Origin: Octopus vulgaris
Taxonomy: Eukaryota
Length of the DNA: 64,000 nucleotides
Direction: 5' to 3'
NCBI GenBank assembly: GCA_951406725.2
Contig: OX597817.1
Coordinates: 61,132,001 to 61,196,000, forward strand
In this document: piece after piece, positions 50,602 through 64,000 of the stretch
Position numbering within the stretch: the stretch's first letter is position 1
Layout of the letters: every line of letters begins with the position of its first letter
The notes under the pieces: model-generated
What the model was told of the DNA's origin: nothing
Database searches by the model: none
The model's input: only the letters and a program-made list of their open reading frames with translations
Program-made: the position numbers and the translations under genes

Positions 50602-52822
50602 ATAGATAGATATATTTACACACAAATATAAAGAGATTACCAAGAGGAACCGACATCGTAACTCAGGATCGTGTTTATACTTCCTTTAAAGGTCCACACG
50701 CATACACAAACATCTACAAACACGCGCACGCACGCACGCACACACACACACACATACACACACACACACACACACACGCATGCGGATACACACAAATAAA
50801 CAAGCGATCATACAGACTGACATGTATAACACTATAACGCTGCTATTCATTTACCATTCTCCAAGTACAATCACCATGCAAATGGCAGTGAAATGTGAAC
50901 TTCTCATCACCTGCTCGATGCCTTTCATTCTCTCCACACTTTGGTCTTTCACACTGATGTTGAAATTGCTGTCGTTACTTTACTGTTCCCCCTCCCCTCC
51001 TCCACCTGCTCTCTCCCAGGCCAAGGTAGTTTGTCTCTATGTGCGATAAAACAATCTTCTGTTAAATGTTCGCGGGTTCTGTTCACTTCTATATGCAGTC
51101 CAAGAAACATATTTCCATTCATCAACAGAACAGACCTACATTCTCCAGACTGTGGCACCTTGAAACATAGGTGATGTGTATGTGATGAAGCAGAGGATAC
51201 GCATGTGACAGCAAAACTCATTGAAAGGCAACAACAGGTCATGTAGCTTATCGATCCCAGGATGACACGAAGAATAACTCATGGAATCGGCAAATGAAAT
51301 TTCTCCATCATGATTATCAATTACAGCCGGGGAAAACAAAGAGAATCACCTGCAACAGCAACGTGAGTTTGTACATAAAAACCGGGAAGTGGTCCCCATA
51401 TATCAACACGGCCCCATCCACTCTTAAGGATGGGGACAAGACGAACATTAATGTGGATAAGCAGACTCCCTCAAAAAGGAAGAAAGACAAATGAAAACAG
51501 GTCCAACGGAATAGATTTAAATCTTTAAAGAATGAAATGGGAGTACATCTCTTACGAAGGAAAAAAAAAACTCCCCGCCGTTTGAGAATCATTTCCCGCT
51601 CTGAACGAAAGGAAGTTTGTATAGATTCGTAAAATAAAGTTCCAATAACAGAGGGTGCACAAAGATCCTAACGAAGCTAAGATTGAGGGAAATATAAAAG
51701 AATTTTAAGAAGGATAAAAAGAGGATAATAGTTAAAGAGATTTTTTGAAGAATTATATTTCAATGATCCGGGGGACGTAACCTGCGGACGGAATGTCATT
51801 CCGTTCAAGGAGAATGTTGTGATTTCAGTCTCTTATACGCCATGGAAACCGAGCAAGTCGCCTTGGGGCTATAGAAAATAAAGCCTAGGGGTTGATGATG
51901 ATAATGATGATGATGATAATGGCGACGATGACCACTTGCATTTGTTCTCACTACTTTGATAACTTAGTATAGTTAATATAATAGAAACCGGTTCGATTGA
52001 CCTTACAGTTCTCTGTCTTTAGTGGCATGTCTCATTATTAGAATTGACGATGGAGGCGACGGCACTATCGGTAGAAAAATGGTTAAAATATCTTGTGGTG
52101 AATCTCTTTCCGCTCTCAGTAAATGTGTGGGGGCTAGTACTTATAGTGTTGCATCCACGATTCTAAGATTGTAGTTTCGAATCCTCTAGTGGGCAATGTG
52201 TTGTATCATTTCACGTTCCTTCAGTCCACTCAGCAGTAAGTGAGTAACCCTGCGATGGACTGCCGTTCCATTCAGGGAGAAATGCCATGGAAATCGGTTA
52301 GTCGACCCTGTGAGTTTTAGGACTGGAGACAGTAGTGCCCACGGATTATCTCAGCATTAGAATAGAAGAATGACAAGACATTTCTTTTGTCGGTGTTTAG
52401 CTGACTCTGGTTACGCTCTGAATTGGAAATCTGCAAAGAACCATTTTATCCTTCATCAATACAAATATATAACCGAAGCAAATATGTAACTGTTTATATC
52501 ATTCTCCAGCACAAACAAAAACAAATGGCACTGTGCCCAAGTTCCAAGTCATTATCAGTATCAGGTCAGGAATCGTGCTTATTCATATTCTTACATCTGC
52601 TACGATAAGGTCTTTCAGTGTGAAATACAATCTCAGCCAGGAAGAACAAATCTTAATTTAAAGAAAAAGAAAAACAGAAAAGAAAAGAGGGAAAGCAAAA
52701 TGAGCAATCACACACGAACATGCATGGATATATCCACGTATGTGCGTATGCATGCATGCACGCACGCATGTATGTATGTATGTATGTATGTATGTATGTA
52801 TGTATGTATGTATGTATGTATG

Positions 52823-52854
<32 letters not shown>

Positions 52855-52922
52855 CATACATGTGTGTATGTATGTATGAGTATGTATGTATATATGTATA
52901 AATGTATGTATGTATATTTGTA

Positions 52923-52974
<52 letters not shown>

Positions 52975-53983
52975 CGTGCGTGTATGTGTATGCATATAAA
53001 CAACTATTGATGATAAAAAACTGGGAGCGCCAACGAACTTTTCCTTCAACAAGGAAGGATTAAGTTACTTTTCTCACGAAACCTGACTATACAAATCTGA
53101 CATTAGTAAAGTTAGCGGATAGCTTTCAACGATCTGTCTGGTTAATTAAACCATTATCATGCACCCGGCCACCCTGTTTAGTTACAACCTATAGTTATGA
53201 CTAGCAGAAATTGAACAGTGGGGCTAAAAAGCTTCCTCGTTCCGCGTCTTTTACATCAAGATAAAATGGCCATTTAAACTGCTTTTAAGGGTTACTTTCC
53301 CATTGTCATCTCGCGCCTACACAGAAACATGCAGAGTGTAAGCAACTCTGCCCAAGCATCTGCGTGGGTGTAAAATATGGAGTATATTTATTTCGGTCTG
53401 AATCTTATGGGGTACTCCTTTAGTCGGTGAACGCCATCCTATACTAGTCAGTACTACACCTTTTCAAGTGGTGTATGAGATACATTTTGAACGGTGAGAA
53501 TTTTCCAGAGAAATGTAACTCAGAGGAGATAGAATAGGTGTCAAAGTATACATATAGAATCATCGTCATCATCATCATCATCATCCGGTCGCATTGCTTG
53601 CACGGATTCCCGCGACTCTGTCGCCAATCAATTTTATATCACGAATTTCTATTTGAAGCTAGAGTCACAATGAATACTTCATTGGATGACTGTACAACCA
53701 TGAACGCTCCCCCTATGGATACATTTCAGTTACTCTTTTGACAGAGTTTCGTGATTCTATCCGTTGATCTTCTAGGATACCTCCGCTCAGCATCAATGTA
53801 AGCATTTCCGCGCCGGCTCAGTTGAGCACTTTTCTGCTGCACTCCCATGATTTTAATGCGTCCCTAGCTGAACAGGTGCTATGCCTTGCTAAAGGAAAGC
53901 CTGTAATGATTCAGCGAACGGTCATCGCTCCCCGAGGGATTTTCAAAACATCCGCATATTGTGGAAACTCGCATACCGTAGTG

Positions 53984-54180
<197 letters not shown>

Positions 54181-54399
54181 GTTGTCTGTCTGTCTGTCTC
54201 TGTTTGTTGGTCTGTCAAGATGTTTGATTCGACCACATGTAACATTAGTTTCGTAGACTTGTTACAGGTGTCTAGCTCATCGGGTTCAGGCAAACGAATG
54301 GGGCCCGAGCTCATTTAATCAAACCCTTTCAACAATAATACAACTCCTACAAAATGTGTTGAGTGTCTCTTTCTTTCGTTTGTCCTCCTACTTATTCCA

Positions 54400-54482
54400 G
54401 GCTACATAGGTTTCATAGCTAGCAGATCCTTGGAAATAATAATTACTCAACAAGGAGTGCTCCACTAGCTACTCATCAGGCC
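54400..54482 (-). ncRNA. Type I hammerhead with long stem II
   Basis: GGC-CTGATGA-GTAGCTAG TGGA..TCCTTG...CAAGGA TCTG CTAGCTAT-GAAA-CCTATG-TA-GCC. Confidence 0.65.
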
Positions 54483-54669
54483 GAAGATACCTTAGTTAAA
54501 TGAAGGTTACATTGTCGTAAAAAAGACCAACGTTTTACGTCAATAAACCACTACCATCGCTGAAAGTTGTTTTTTTATACCTTCTATGGACTACTCGAAA
54601 CTTACTAACCTCCTTCATCAGGATCCTTAGATTTTACAATTACATTTCATATATATACATATATATTTG

Positions 54670-54968
54670 TTTGTTCCTTCTCGAGCCGCGCCTGGCTCAT
54701 AGGGCCAGTTTCCTCGTTTCCTTGGCGTATAGGTTCCCCACCTGGACGGGACGCCGGTCCGTCGCAGGTGAGCTGCAAGATGCAGGAGGAAAGCGTAAGA
54801 GAAAGTTGTGGCGAAAGAGTCAGCAGAAGTTCGCTACTACCTTCTGCCGGAGCCGCGTGGAGCTTAGATGTTTCGCTCATAAACACACACATCGCCCAGT
54901 CTGAGATTCGAACCCGCGATCCGTCGACCGCGAATCCACTGCTCTAATCACTAGGCCATGTGCCTCCA
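54670..54968 (-). mobile_element. OR-like tRNA SINE
   Basis: GGCACATGGCCTAGTGATTAGAGCAG...GGGTTCGAATCTC. Confidence 0.8.
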
Positions 54969-54986
54969 CACACACACACACACGCG

Positions 54987-55047
<61 letters not shown>

Positions 55048-55115
55048 TAAATGAAATGAGATAACAAAAACCAAGGCTGTGTGGAATTTATAGGACATTT
55101 ATAAAGAGAAAGGTA

Positions 55116-55163
55116 GTCTTACAGCTGTTTCTGGGATATTAGGGATATCCCTTCATCAGAGAC
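55116..55163 (-). ncRNA. Type I hammerhead in a probable pLTR
   Basis: GTCT-CTGATGA-A GGGATAT cccta ATATCCC A-GAAA-CAGCTG-TA-AGAC; partial copy at ~36845-36870 (+). Confidence 0.75.
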
Positions 55164-55759
55164 GATGTGAGATGGTTAAATAGTGGGAAATATTAGAGTT
55201 CAATATAAGGAGTTATTTTGGAAAAGGATGTGGATAAGAAGATGGTATATATTTTTCATTTTTCATTCCCTTCGAAATTTTATCCTTAATAGTGGTTTGG
55301 AATTTAACTGTTCTCTCTAGCGTGCAAGGAGTCCTATGATGGATGCCACTTATTTGTTTAAATATACACTGTATTTATATGAATAATATATAGTCTATTG
55401 ACTAAAGTTTTACACGCTAGGCCACTGGTAATGGAAATTTCTAATAATTCTGATTAACTTTTGATATTCTTAATTATTGATAATTTTTTTCTCTGGATAA
55501 TTTTCGAAACGAAAAAGCCGGCATTTTTATTTACTGCCGACAAAGAGCTGCGTTTTCGCGGTAGATAGGAAAAATTAGAATGTATAAGCACGGGGTGTAT
55601 ACTGGATTGTCTCGTGTATATATATTTAGGATCATACATTTAAAGCAGTATTCCCATTTCTTGCCGAGTGTCTTCTTGACACCTAGGACAGAGAAACGCA
55701 CTGTATACATTGGTAAGCCGGTGCTTTTCTCTGCCCTAGGTGTCAGGAAGACACTTGTT

Positions 55760-56045
55760 TACTGGTCATGCTTCAAGAACCATGCGAAGGATTCTTTCAT
55801 TTCCAAGCAATGCTCATTTTTGTAGGTGTTCTACTTTCACACTTGCACCAATCTTTTTCAGCCATGTTGGTAGTTGAGTGCTAATGCTTCCAAGAGCACC
55901 AATTACTATTGGTATCACCTCTACTCTCCTCATTGACCACAAAATTCTTATTTCCTATTCTGAATCGTCATAGTTGTTTATTTTTTCTTCTTCTTTCACA
56001 TTGATCCTGTTGTCACCGAGACATGCTATGTCGATTATCATACAT
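55760..56045 (-). pseudogene. R4-like RLE endonuclease C-terminal fragment
   Basis: IIDIACLGDNRINVKEEEKINNY...VEVIPIVIGALGSI. Confidence 0.7.
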
Positions 56046-56149
56046 GCTCTTTCTTTATTATTATCATTATGCTTAATTTATAATTAAAACAACGACGACG
56101 GTAATGATGATGATGATGATGATGATGATGGAATAAGAATATGCATTAA

Positions 56150-57081
56150 ATCCGTCGCCAAAATATATCTTTGCATAGTTAAAATGTAAAACAGAATCAA
56201 AGATAGACTGGAACGACGAAATTCCCAAAGTGACGAAACCGAACCAGACAAAGAAATCATCATTTGGTTCAACTCATCATTTATCATCTCTGTAGCTTCC
56301 AATACAGTAGCCAATTCAGTATTCATAGTTTGATTGTAAAACACCCAAACTACTTGTAAAAATCATATACCGCTCAATAAACACAATGAAATCGTTAGCT
56401 ATATGTGCCTAGAATGCATTGCCCTCGAAATCTTACAGCAACATGTAGTACATTACATTTAGAAAAATCTTAAACCTACTGCTAAAATTCAGCTTAAGCA
56501 ATCAGATATCTTGTCCAATTGCTAGTAAGAGGCTCACAAGAAGACTAGTGTACCAAACTAAGCCATGGTCGACAAACGGCATTTATCAGATTCACAGCAA
56601 ATACGTTATGTATAACGACAAAGAACATATCTATTCATTCAGAATTAGCAAATAGAAAAATATTTCATCTCAATAGATCAATACATATGAAGTTCGAATC
56701 AGAATGGAAATTGATAACATTTCAAGATGATGATTTATTTTTGAAACTGAAAATATATTACGTTAACGGACAAAGAAGATAAAATCGTCTGCTGGCATGG
56801 GAAGACCGAGAAAAAACAAAGCAGATGAAAACTAAAAATTGAAGAATAAAAATAAAAATCTTCCAAGTACAGATGGAACATAACTCTATTTATAGCAGGC
56901 TTGTCTGTTAGTAAAACATTTATAGAAGCAACAACTATTAATAGATGAACTTTTACTCAAACTGCTACACCCAAGAAAAAAACCTGGCCAATGCCATTAA
57001 GATAGGCAAGAATATACTTTTCGCCGCACCGAAAGGAATATCAACACCCATTAAATAAATGCCCAATCTCATACCCCACCC

Positions 57082-57082
<1 letters not shown>
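56150..57082 (+). mobile_element. Possible degenerate RLE-type LINE 3' portion ending at (TA)n
   Basis: C..HIPLNKHNEIVSYM resembles the CCHC/RHN region; otherwise heavily degraded. Confidence 0.25.
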
Positions 57083-57135
<53 letters not shown>

Positions 57136-57152
57136 ATATATATATATATCTA

Positions 57153-57203
<51 letters not shown>

Positions 57204-57495
57204 ATATATATATATATATATACACGTATATACATATACTTGGTGTAATTAATAATTATTCCAAATTAATTAATTTCACCCTTTATTGTTACTGATAACC
57301 ATATTTTATCCCAGTAAATGACCACAGCATCTTGTCTTGGCTACACGCGGGTGGAAGGGGGCTGGTGACACAAACTTTCATTCACACTTTGAATTTCGTG
57401 GTACTGGTAATGCTTTGGCTCGCTCTGACACTGAGTTGAGATAATGCCTTCTAGTATCTCAAAATTTAATATACAATTATTCATAATTGTAGTAT

Positions 57496-57587
57496 CCTAC
57501 GCCGATGAGAAAAGAAGTTTGGGTAAGATAGAATTTTCTAATTCTTATGCTTTCCTAAAACTTGATTTCGAAACGTACGTCCGTAGG
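57496..57587 (+). ncRNA. Type I hammerhead-like motif (CCGAUGA core) inside a (TA)n-flanked ~540-bp insert
   Basis: CCTACG-CCGATGA-GAAA..AAGTTT...AAACTT..TTTC-GAAA-CGTACG-TC-CGTAGG. Confidence 0.7.
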
Positions 57588-57773
57588 TAACTTAAAATTG
57601 TATGATAGATTGCCGTCATCTCATTCTTTCTTACCTGTCTGTGTTTGCCTTTCAAGTGCTGTGTTTTTACTGAGATCTCCCTTTTAGTAGAAGGAATAGC
57701 TATATCTCTTTGACTGCTATTTCTAAATTCGGTGTGTGGCGAGGCAATTCGTTGCTAAACCCTTAATTGCTTA

Positions 57774-57827
<54 letters not shown>

Positions 57828-58189
57828 AAGGTTTGGAGATGATGTATAAGTATTTTATATTAGAATAAATGAGGCACTCAGAAATCCGGATGGTTTTATA
57901 TTTACAGATATTTATTAGCATGTTACATGTTTTTATACATCATATATCATATATCATATATTATATATATTAGCGCTTACGTCCATTCTAGTGGAGTCTT
58001 CAAATTGAACTAAGTTTTTGCAGGAATTTTCGCTCTTTTTATAGTGTTATTGAGTGTGTAGTGGTGGGGAGAGATATAAGATAGTACAAGAGGGTGATGA
58101 ATGGAGAGAAAGTGAGAGAGAGAGAGAGCATGTGTGTGTGCGCGTGTATGTGTGTATGTTTGTGTGCGTGTGTGTGTGCGTGTGTGTGA

Positions 58190-58406
58190 GTGTATGTGTG
58201 TGTGTGTTTGTATCTGAAAGAGGTGTTAAAGAAAAAGAAGGAAAGAAAGAAAAGGGAGAGAAAGAAGAAAAATAATTTTGTTCATCTCTTTGCAGCTGGT
58301 CAGGTTGTCAATAATAATCGACTGTTTACTCCAAGGGGGGCAAGATGTCACTTTTAAAAAAATTGTCTGCGTTTCCTTTTTATCATTGTCTTGTGAGAGA
58401 GTGTGT

Positions 58407-58443
<37 letters not shown>

Positions 58444-58650
58444 TATCTGAAAGGGGGTGTTAAAGAAAAAGAAGGAAAGGAAGAAGGAGAGAAAATTTGT
58501 TGATATCTTTGCTGTTGGTCAGTTTGTCAATAATAATTCTTGGCTTTTAGTAATGGTAAATCCAGCTGTTTACTCCAAGGGGGGCAAAATATCACTTTTC
58601 AATAAATTGTTTATTTCCTTTTTATCATTGTCTTGTGAGAGTGTGTGTGT
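58190..58650. repeat. Diverged tandem duplication (~235-bp unit)
   Basis: TTTGTATCTGAAAG.GGTGTTAAAGAAAAAGAAGG...TTTACTCCAAGGGGGGCAA...TTTATCATTGTCTTGTGAGAG occurs twice. Confidence 0.8.
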
Positions 58651-61600
58651 GTGTGTATATGTGCGTGTGTGTGTATGTGTATGTGTGTATATGTATGTGT
58701 ATATATATGCATATATATGTATGTATATGTCTATATGTAATGCAGGTATGTCTTTGTGATCGTGTCTTCCCCGCTTGGTAACTAGCGTTGGGTTGTCTAG
58801 ACCCCGCAAGTTAGCGGTTCGACAAAAGAGTTCGATAGAATGGTCGCAGACTTAAAAGAAATATAATTACTGGAGTCTATTTGTTTGACTAAAACCCTTC
58901 ATCGCGCTGCTTCAGCATGGCCGCAGCCTAGTGACCGAAACAAGTATTAACAAAGATAAAACATAGATAAAAGATATAAATAGTTTGAAAGAAGAAGTGA
59001 CTGAGAAATAAAGAGGAGATAAAAAAAAGGGAGGAGGAGGAGAAGGAGGAGGAGAAGACTAGTCTTTATTGTGTCTTCTAAAGAAAGTTTGTTGTTGATA
59101 TCAAAGATTGTGATAAGCAGAGTCATTAAAACAGAATTTGAGATATCACATCAAAATATTTGAGTTAAAATAACAGCAACAACAACACTAATAATAATAT
59201 GACTGATAACAACAACAACAACGACGTCAGCAGCAACAACAGCGATCTCTACAGAAATCCCCAGGAATTATATAAGAGCAATGGAAACGAAAATATGAAA
59301 ATGAAACAGTAAGTATGATAAGGAAGTCACAAATGGTTGTAGTTGAGTCGTCAATGGAATTGTATCCCGAGGGAACAGTCACAGAACATTCTGACGTAGA
59401 CATAACACCCGGCAATGGCTGGGAATTCTGGGCATGAAACTAGGAGGACTGTCTGATGCGACAACGTACGAGACGGAAACAATAAAGTGAAGGTTAAAAG
59501 TCTGTAAACATCGTATATATAGACACATATATATTTGCATATAAATACACACACACACATACAATATTCTTTGACGATAATAGTATTGACAATGACTTCG
59601 AAGTTTCGGTCAGTTAACCCATCATCAGCCAATCTGACGATGACTTAAGATGTCAAGACACGTAAGATAAGGAACAAAAGAAGTCTCATCACCTTCAAAC
59701 GGGCCCCGGACGCGTATCTGCAACACATTCCGGATGTGTCCCTCTGCGTGCAATAATTCTTAATTCTTGACGCGAATGAGCCACAATGGCCAAAGAATAA
59801 TGGCAAAAGGAAACGTCATTAAATGTATTTTCCAAGTGGTGCTATTAAGGTGGACTTGCTTCTGCTATTGGACTGTAGCCATGCTGGAGCACTACCTCAT
59901 AACATCCATCGCATTAATTATATATTACAAGGCATTTTTTATTGACACTATCCAATTCTACCAACTATTACCCCGAAAGATGCTGATAATGATGATGACG
60001 AAGAGGACGGCAGCGACGATGAAGATGATGATAATGATGAGGATGATGATTGAAATGATCATGATGAGGATGATAATGCCTTGCGAGTGTATTTGATAGA
60101 GGGAAACTGAGTGGGAGCTATACATACACTCACACATACACACATGCACATACATACATACATACATACATACATACATACATACATACATACATACATA
60201 CATACATACATACATGGATATATATATATATATATTTATAAATATATGCATATATGTATGTATGTGAGTGTGTGTTCATGATTATGTGTTTTGCCCCACC
60301 GCCGTTTGGAAACCGATATTGGTTTGTTTACGTTTATTAACGTATCAGTTCGGCGTAAGGGTGACCGATAGAATAAGTACCAGACTAGATTTAAAAAGTA
60401 GGTACTGGTCTAGATTTGTTCGACTAAACACTTCAAGGCGATTTATTGTCGTAGCTATAATCCAATAACTGAAACCGGTAAACGCTAAAAGATCCTGCTT
60501 CGTCCGACGCTAACCTTTTGCTCATCATTTGCAAATCAGGGCAACATGAAGTTGGAAACTTCCTAATCAGTCGCTTTCTCTTGTGCTACCATGCTATATT
60601 GATACTGCTATGACGTGTACAGGTATTTAGCTATACGTTAAAAACTCATAAAAGAAAGAAAGAGAGAGAGAGAGGGGGGGGAGAGACCTGGAAATATTGG
60701 CAGAGGTTTTTGCTTTACATCACGTCGAATTTCAATTTAGATGGAGTTTATGAATAATGATGCAAATTGAATAATGTATTGGTATTTTAAGTGAGAGTAA
60801 ATTTGTGCCTATATTTCGCTCTAAATCAATTCTCCGCCTAAGAATGGTTTCCATGTTCTTCTTCCGTGTTTTTCTTTCGTATAAAGTGACTTGATAGAGA
60901 AAGAATTTAAATAGCGGTGAGTTTTTTTTTTCCATCGTGGACCACCAAGCTAGAAGGAACACTTAAATGAAACACGTACAATGTCAGTGTTCACTCGATA
61001 AACTGCACTACCTCACACTTGATATTTATAGATAAGTAGTCTGGGTCATTGTGACTTAAGTACCTTTGCTGTGAACACGGTGCAATGTTGATGACAAGAT
61101 ACAAGTTTACAACACTTCAGCTAACTGGCCGAGGCTCCATCATTTTGGCCACATGCCCACCCTGGTCGAATTATCTCTGGTGTCTGAATAACCGAGAACA
61201 AATTTTTTAAAATCTAATTCTAGCAATAAAATCTTTGCATTGGTCCCTTGTGGAACTGTATTAATTTACCGTTAATCTGAATGAAGACATCACTGTCAAA
61301 TGGTTAAGAAATTTATTTCGCAATCGTGAGGTCTGGAGTTCGATCTCACAGCATGGAATCTGGGTCAAGCGGGGTTTTTTTCTTTTCTTTTTTTTTTGCC
61401 GTGCATTCGGGTCAACCCGATTTTTGTGATTAAAACTAGTTTGACAGAAACTGTATGGAGGTCTGTCGGACGAATTGTACTAGTAATTCAAACGTGTAGC
61501 CGCGTCACACTGGGTAACCCTAATTTGACATGGGATTTACGTTTGTTAAGAGTATAGTGGTCAGTGGGATTCTCAGCTAAATACATGCTAATTCAATGAG

Positions 61601-62371
61601 TAGGTAATTCAGTTGATGCTTGAACAGGGTACTTATCGTCGAAATCGACGGAGATCCTGCTACTCCGAAATCATTATATATACCACGTTTCACGCTCTCT
61701 GGGTGACCATTAATACAAAGGGAGATAACTAACACTTCACAATGCCAGACGCGATTTATATACCACTTTGTTTTTATGGGTTGGTTTGCAAAGGAGTTGC
61801 ATCGCTTATTAACCCTCAAATTTTAGGTTCTGTGACAATAGTTGAGAGAAAAAGAAGGAGCCATGATTCAAGCGTTTTTCTCGGAGCAGGAACCTGGAAT
61901 TAATGCCTGCAGCCGGATGGAATGCACTAGAGACATCCTAGATAAAGGTGGTGACTTTAAACCAGGCTACGGATTTCGTCTATCACCATGAACAAAAATA
62001 TTTAATTTGATGAGGTTCCACAAAACTCTTGCCTACCCAGTTTCATTCAGAAGGATTAGGTACCTGTTGCACACTCGAACAAAATGCTTTGCAGTTGCGT
62101 CAAAGTGTAGACCACTCTGCGAAGCGAACTTCTTGACTACTCGACAATGTTGTATTTTTTATTTCTACCACGGTCAATATCTCTTTAAGAATATATTTTT
62201 ACAAAATGTTTGTTGTTTTTCATATTAAATTAAAAATCATCTCCTTAATGTTTTCCTCATGTGATGTCTTCACATTTTCTCTTTTCAGAACTCTTCAAAT
62301 TTATCTTCATAAAAAGAAAACAGGATATTTTTTCGTAAAACAATCCATTTTATATTATATAAAATTACTTC

Positions 62372-62426
<55 letters not shown>

Positions 62427-62453
62427 TGTATACATATATATACATACATATAT

Positions 62454-62513
<60 letters not shown>

Positions 62514-63151
62514 TCTATAAATATATATATAAATTCTATAACGTACGAAACTAGTTACGAGGCTCTAATAACTAAAAACAGTATTTTAAGGGAGTATGAG
62601 GAGTAGAACAAGCAGAAGATTGACTAACGTTAATTGAAATTAGTCATACTGGAAGACCTACAAGTATGAACGAGACTGATAATCTATCATTTATATATGA
62701 CACTAATGAATTAAGAGATGTTATTTTCGTTGTATTCAGACGAATTGAAGTCCATCCGATTACTAACTCATTAATAATAATAATAACGGTGATGATGATG
62801 ATAATGATGTTGGTGTTGATGAGGATGATGATTTATGGCTAACTAAAATAATTTAATGACTTTTAGTATAAAGTTTAACTCAAAACAGAAAATGGTGAAA
62901 TTGGTTGGCCCCGAACTGAAAGATATTGTTCAGTTTGTGTAAATGAAAACTCTACACCGCAAGGATAAACATGCCATATTCTATATTTTATATTCTATAT
63001 TCAATATTGCTTAACAAAATCTTTCCAAGCAGCAAATCATGTACGCTAAAATATGCACATTTTTAGGTTACCCTTTTAATGTTTTATCTAAAGAAAAAAA
63101 AATGATGAGTTCGCGGACTTTGCAGGCTAGTTAAGGGAATGGATGGATGGA

Positions 63152-63532
63152 AGCACTCCGTCGGTTACGACGACGAGGGTTCCGGTTGATCCAAATCAAC
63201 GGAACAGCCTGCTCGTGAAATTCACGTGTAAGTGGCTGAGCACTCCACAGACACGTGTACCCTTAACGTAGTTCTCGGGGATATTCAGCGTGACACAGAG
63301 AGTGACAAGGCCGGCCCCTTGAAATACAGGTACAACAGAAACAGGAAGTAAGAGTGAGAGAAAGTTGTGGTGAAAGAGTACAGCAGGGATCACCACCATC
63401 CCCTGCCGGAGCCTCGTGGAGCTTTAGGTGTTTTCGATCAATAAACACTCACAACGCCCGGTCTGGGAATCGAAACCGCGATCCTATGACCGCGAGTCCG
63501 CTGCCCTAACCACTGGGCCATTGCGCCTCCAC
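63152..63532 (-). mobile_element. Full-length OR-like tRNA SINE
   Basis: GGCGCAATGGCCCAGTGGTTAGGGCAGCGG (A box), GGTTTCGATTCCC (B box), tail ...GTCGTAACCGACGGAGTGC. Confidence 0.9.
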
Positions 63533-64000
63533 AGTTAAGGGAATATACAGGAAACGAACCAGAGATCTCGATACAATATATTCACTTTTAAATTAAAACA
63601 ATTTGTTCTCATAGTCTGTGCGTAGTTAAGAATAATCACAAAATATGAGAATAAACTGATTTTATTTTCAATTTTTTCCTAATCTTTCACTTTGAACATT
63701 TTATATTTGACAAGATGAACGTACATATCGAAGCCAATAACCTTCTATAACAATACTCTTGTGCTTTTCTCCGTCAGAACAGATGAATAAGGAAGGAAGG
63801 AAGGAAGGAAGGAGTGATGGCAAACTGGTAGTGGGATGATGGAAACTCTACGGGGAAAAAAATCAAACAGCGTTTCAACCCTGTGAGTATATGTGTGTAT
63901 GTGTGTGCGTGTACAAGGGAAATATGTGAATGTTTGTATGTATGAACCAGTGTTCTTTCAGTAACAAGCGATGATCGATGTCACATCTCAAAAGACAACC

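Noticed and set aside
50850-51360. Possible exon after a minus-strand acceptor CTGTTGCAG|G
   Set aside because: Only short ORFs with no recognisable protein motif; unsupported without RNA data.
59594-59670. Back-to-back CTGATGA (-) and CTGACGA (+) hammerhead-like cores
   Set aside because: The first lacks a pairing stem I and the second lacks GAAA; too degenerate to call.
63440-63532. tRNA gene
   Set aside because: The tRNA-like segment is the head of a multi-copy SINE and lacks a complete acceptor stem.

Overview
AT-rich animal genomic DNA, dense in microsatellites. The tRNA-derived SINE families and repeat landscape resemble Octopus/cephalopod genomes (recognised by eye, not database-checked). 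No host protein-coding exon is confidently seen; a possible 5' gene end lies at ~7.7-9.4 kb. Almost all the listed ORFs are microsatellite artefacts. The window is a patchwork of mobile DNA whose insertion sites track particular microsatellites. (1) A near full-length Neptune-type Penelope-like element (PLE, 39574-44350, minus) has hammerhead-bearing pLTRs, an RT/GIY-YIG ORF without an upstream ATG, and an extra coiled-coil ORF1 joined to it at a U-UUU-UUA site. (2) Many other PLE remnants and pLTRs sit at (TA)n and carry about ten hammerhead-like motifs with different core variants. (3) A 363-nt circularly permuted, hammerhead-containing non-coding unit (retrozyme-like) lies at 24.2-24.9 kb. 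(4) Four copies of a Tx1/L1-type LINE are all inserted in fixed orientation in (GATA)n. (5) R4/Dong-like LINE pieces adjoin (TAA)n. Tc1 elements, a non-autonomous Helitron, a MITE, RTE and CR1-type fragments and many SINEs are also present.
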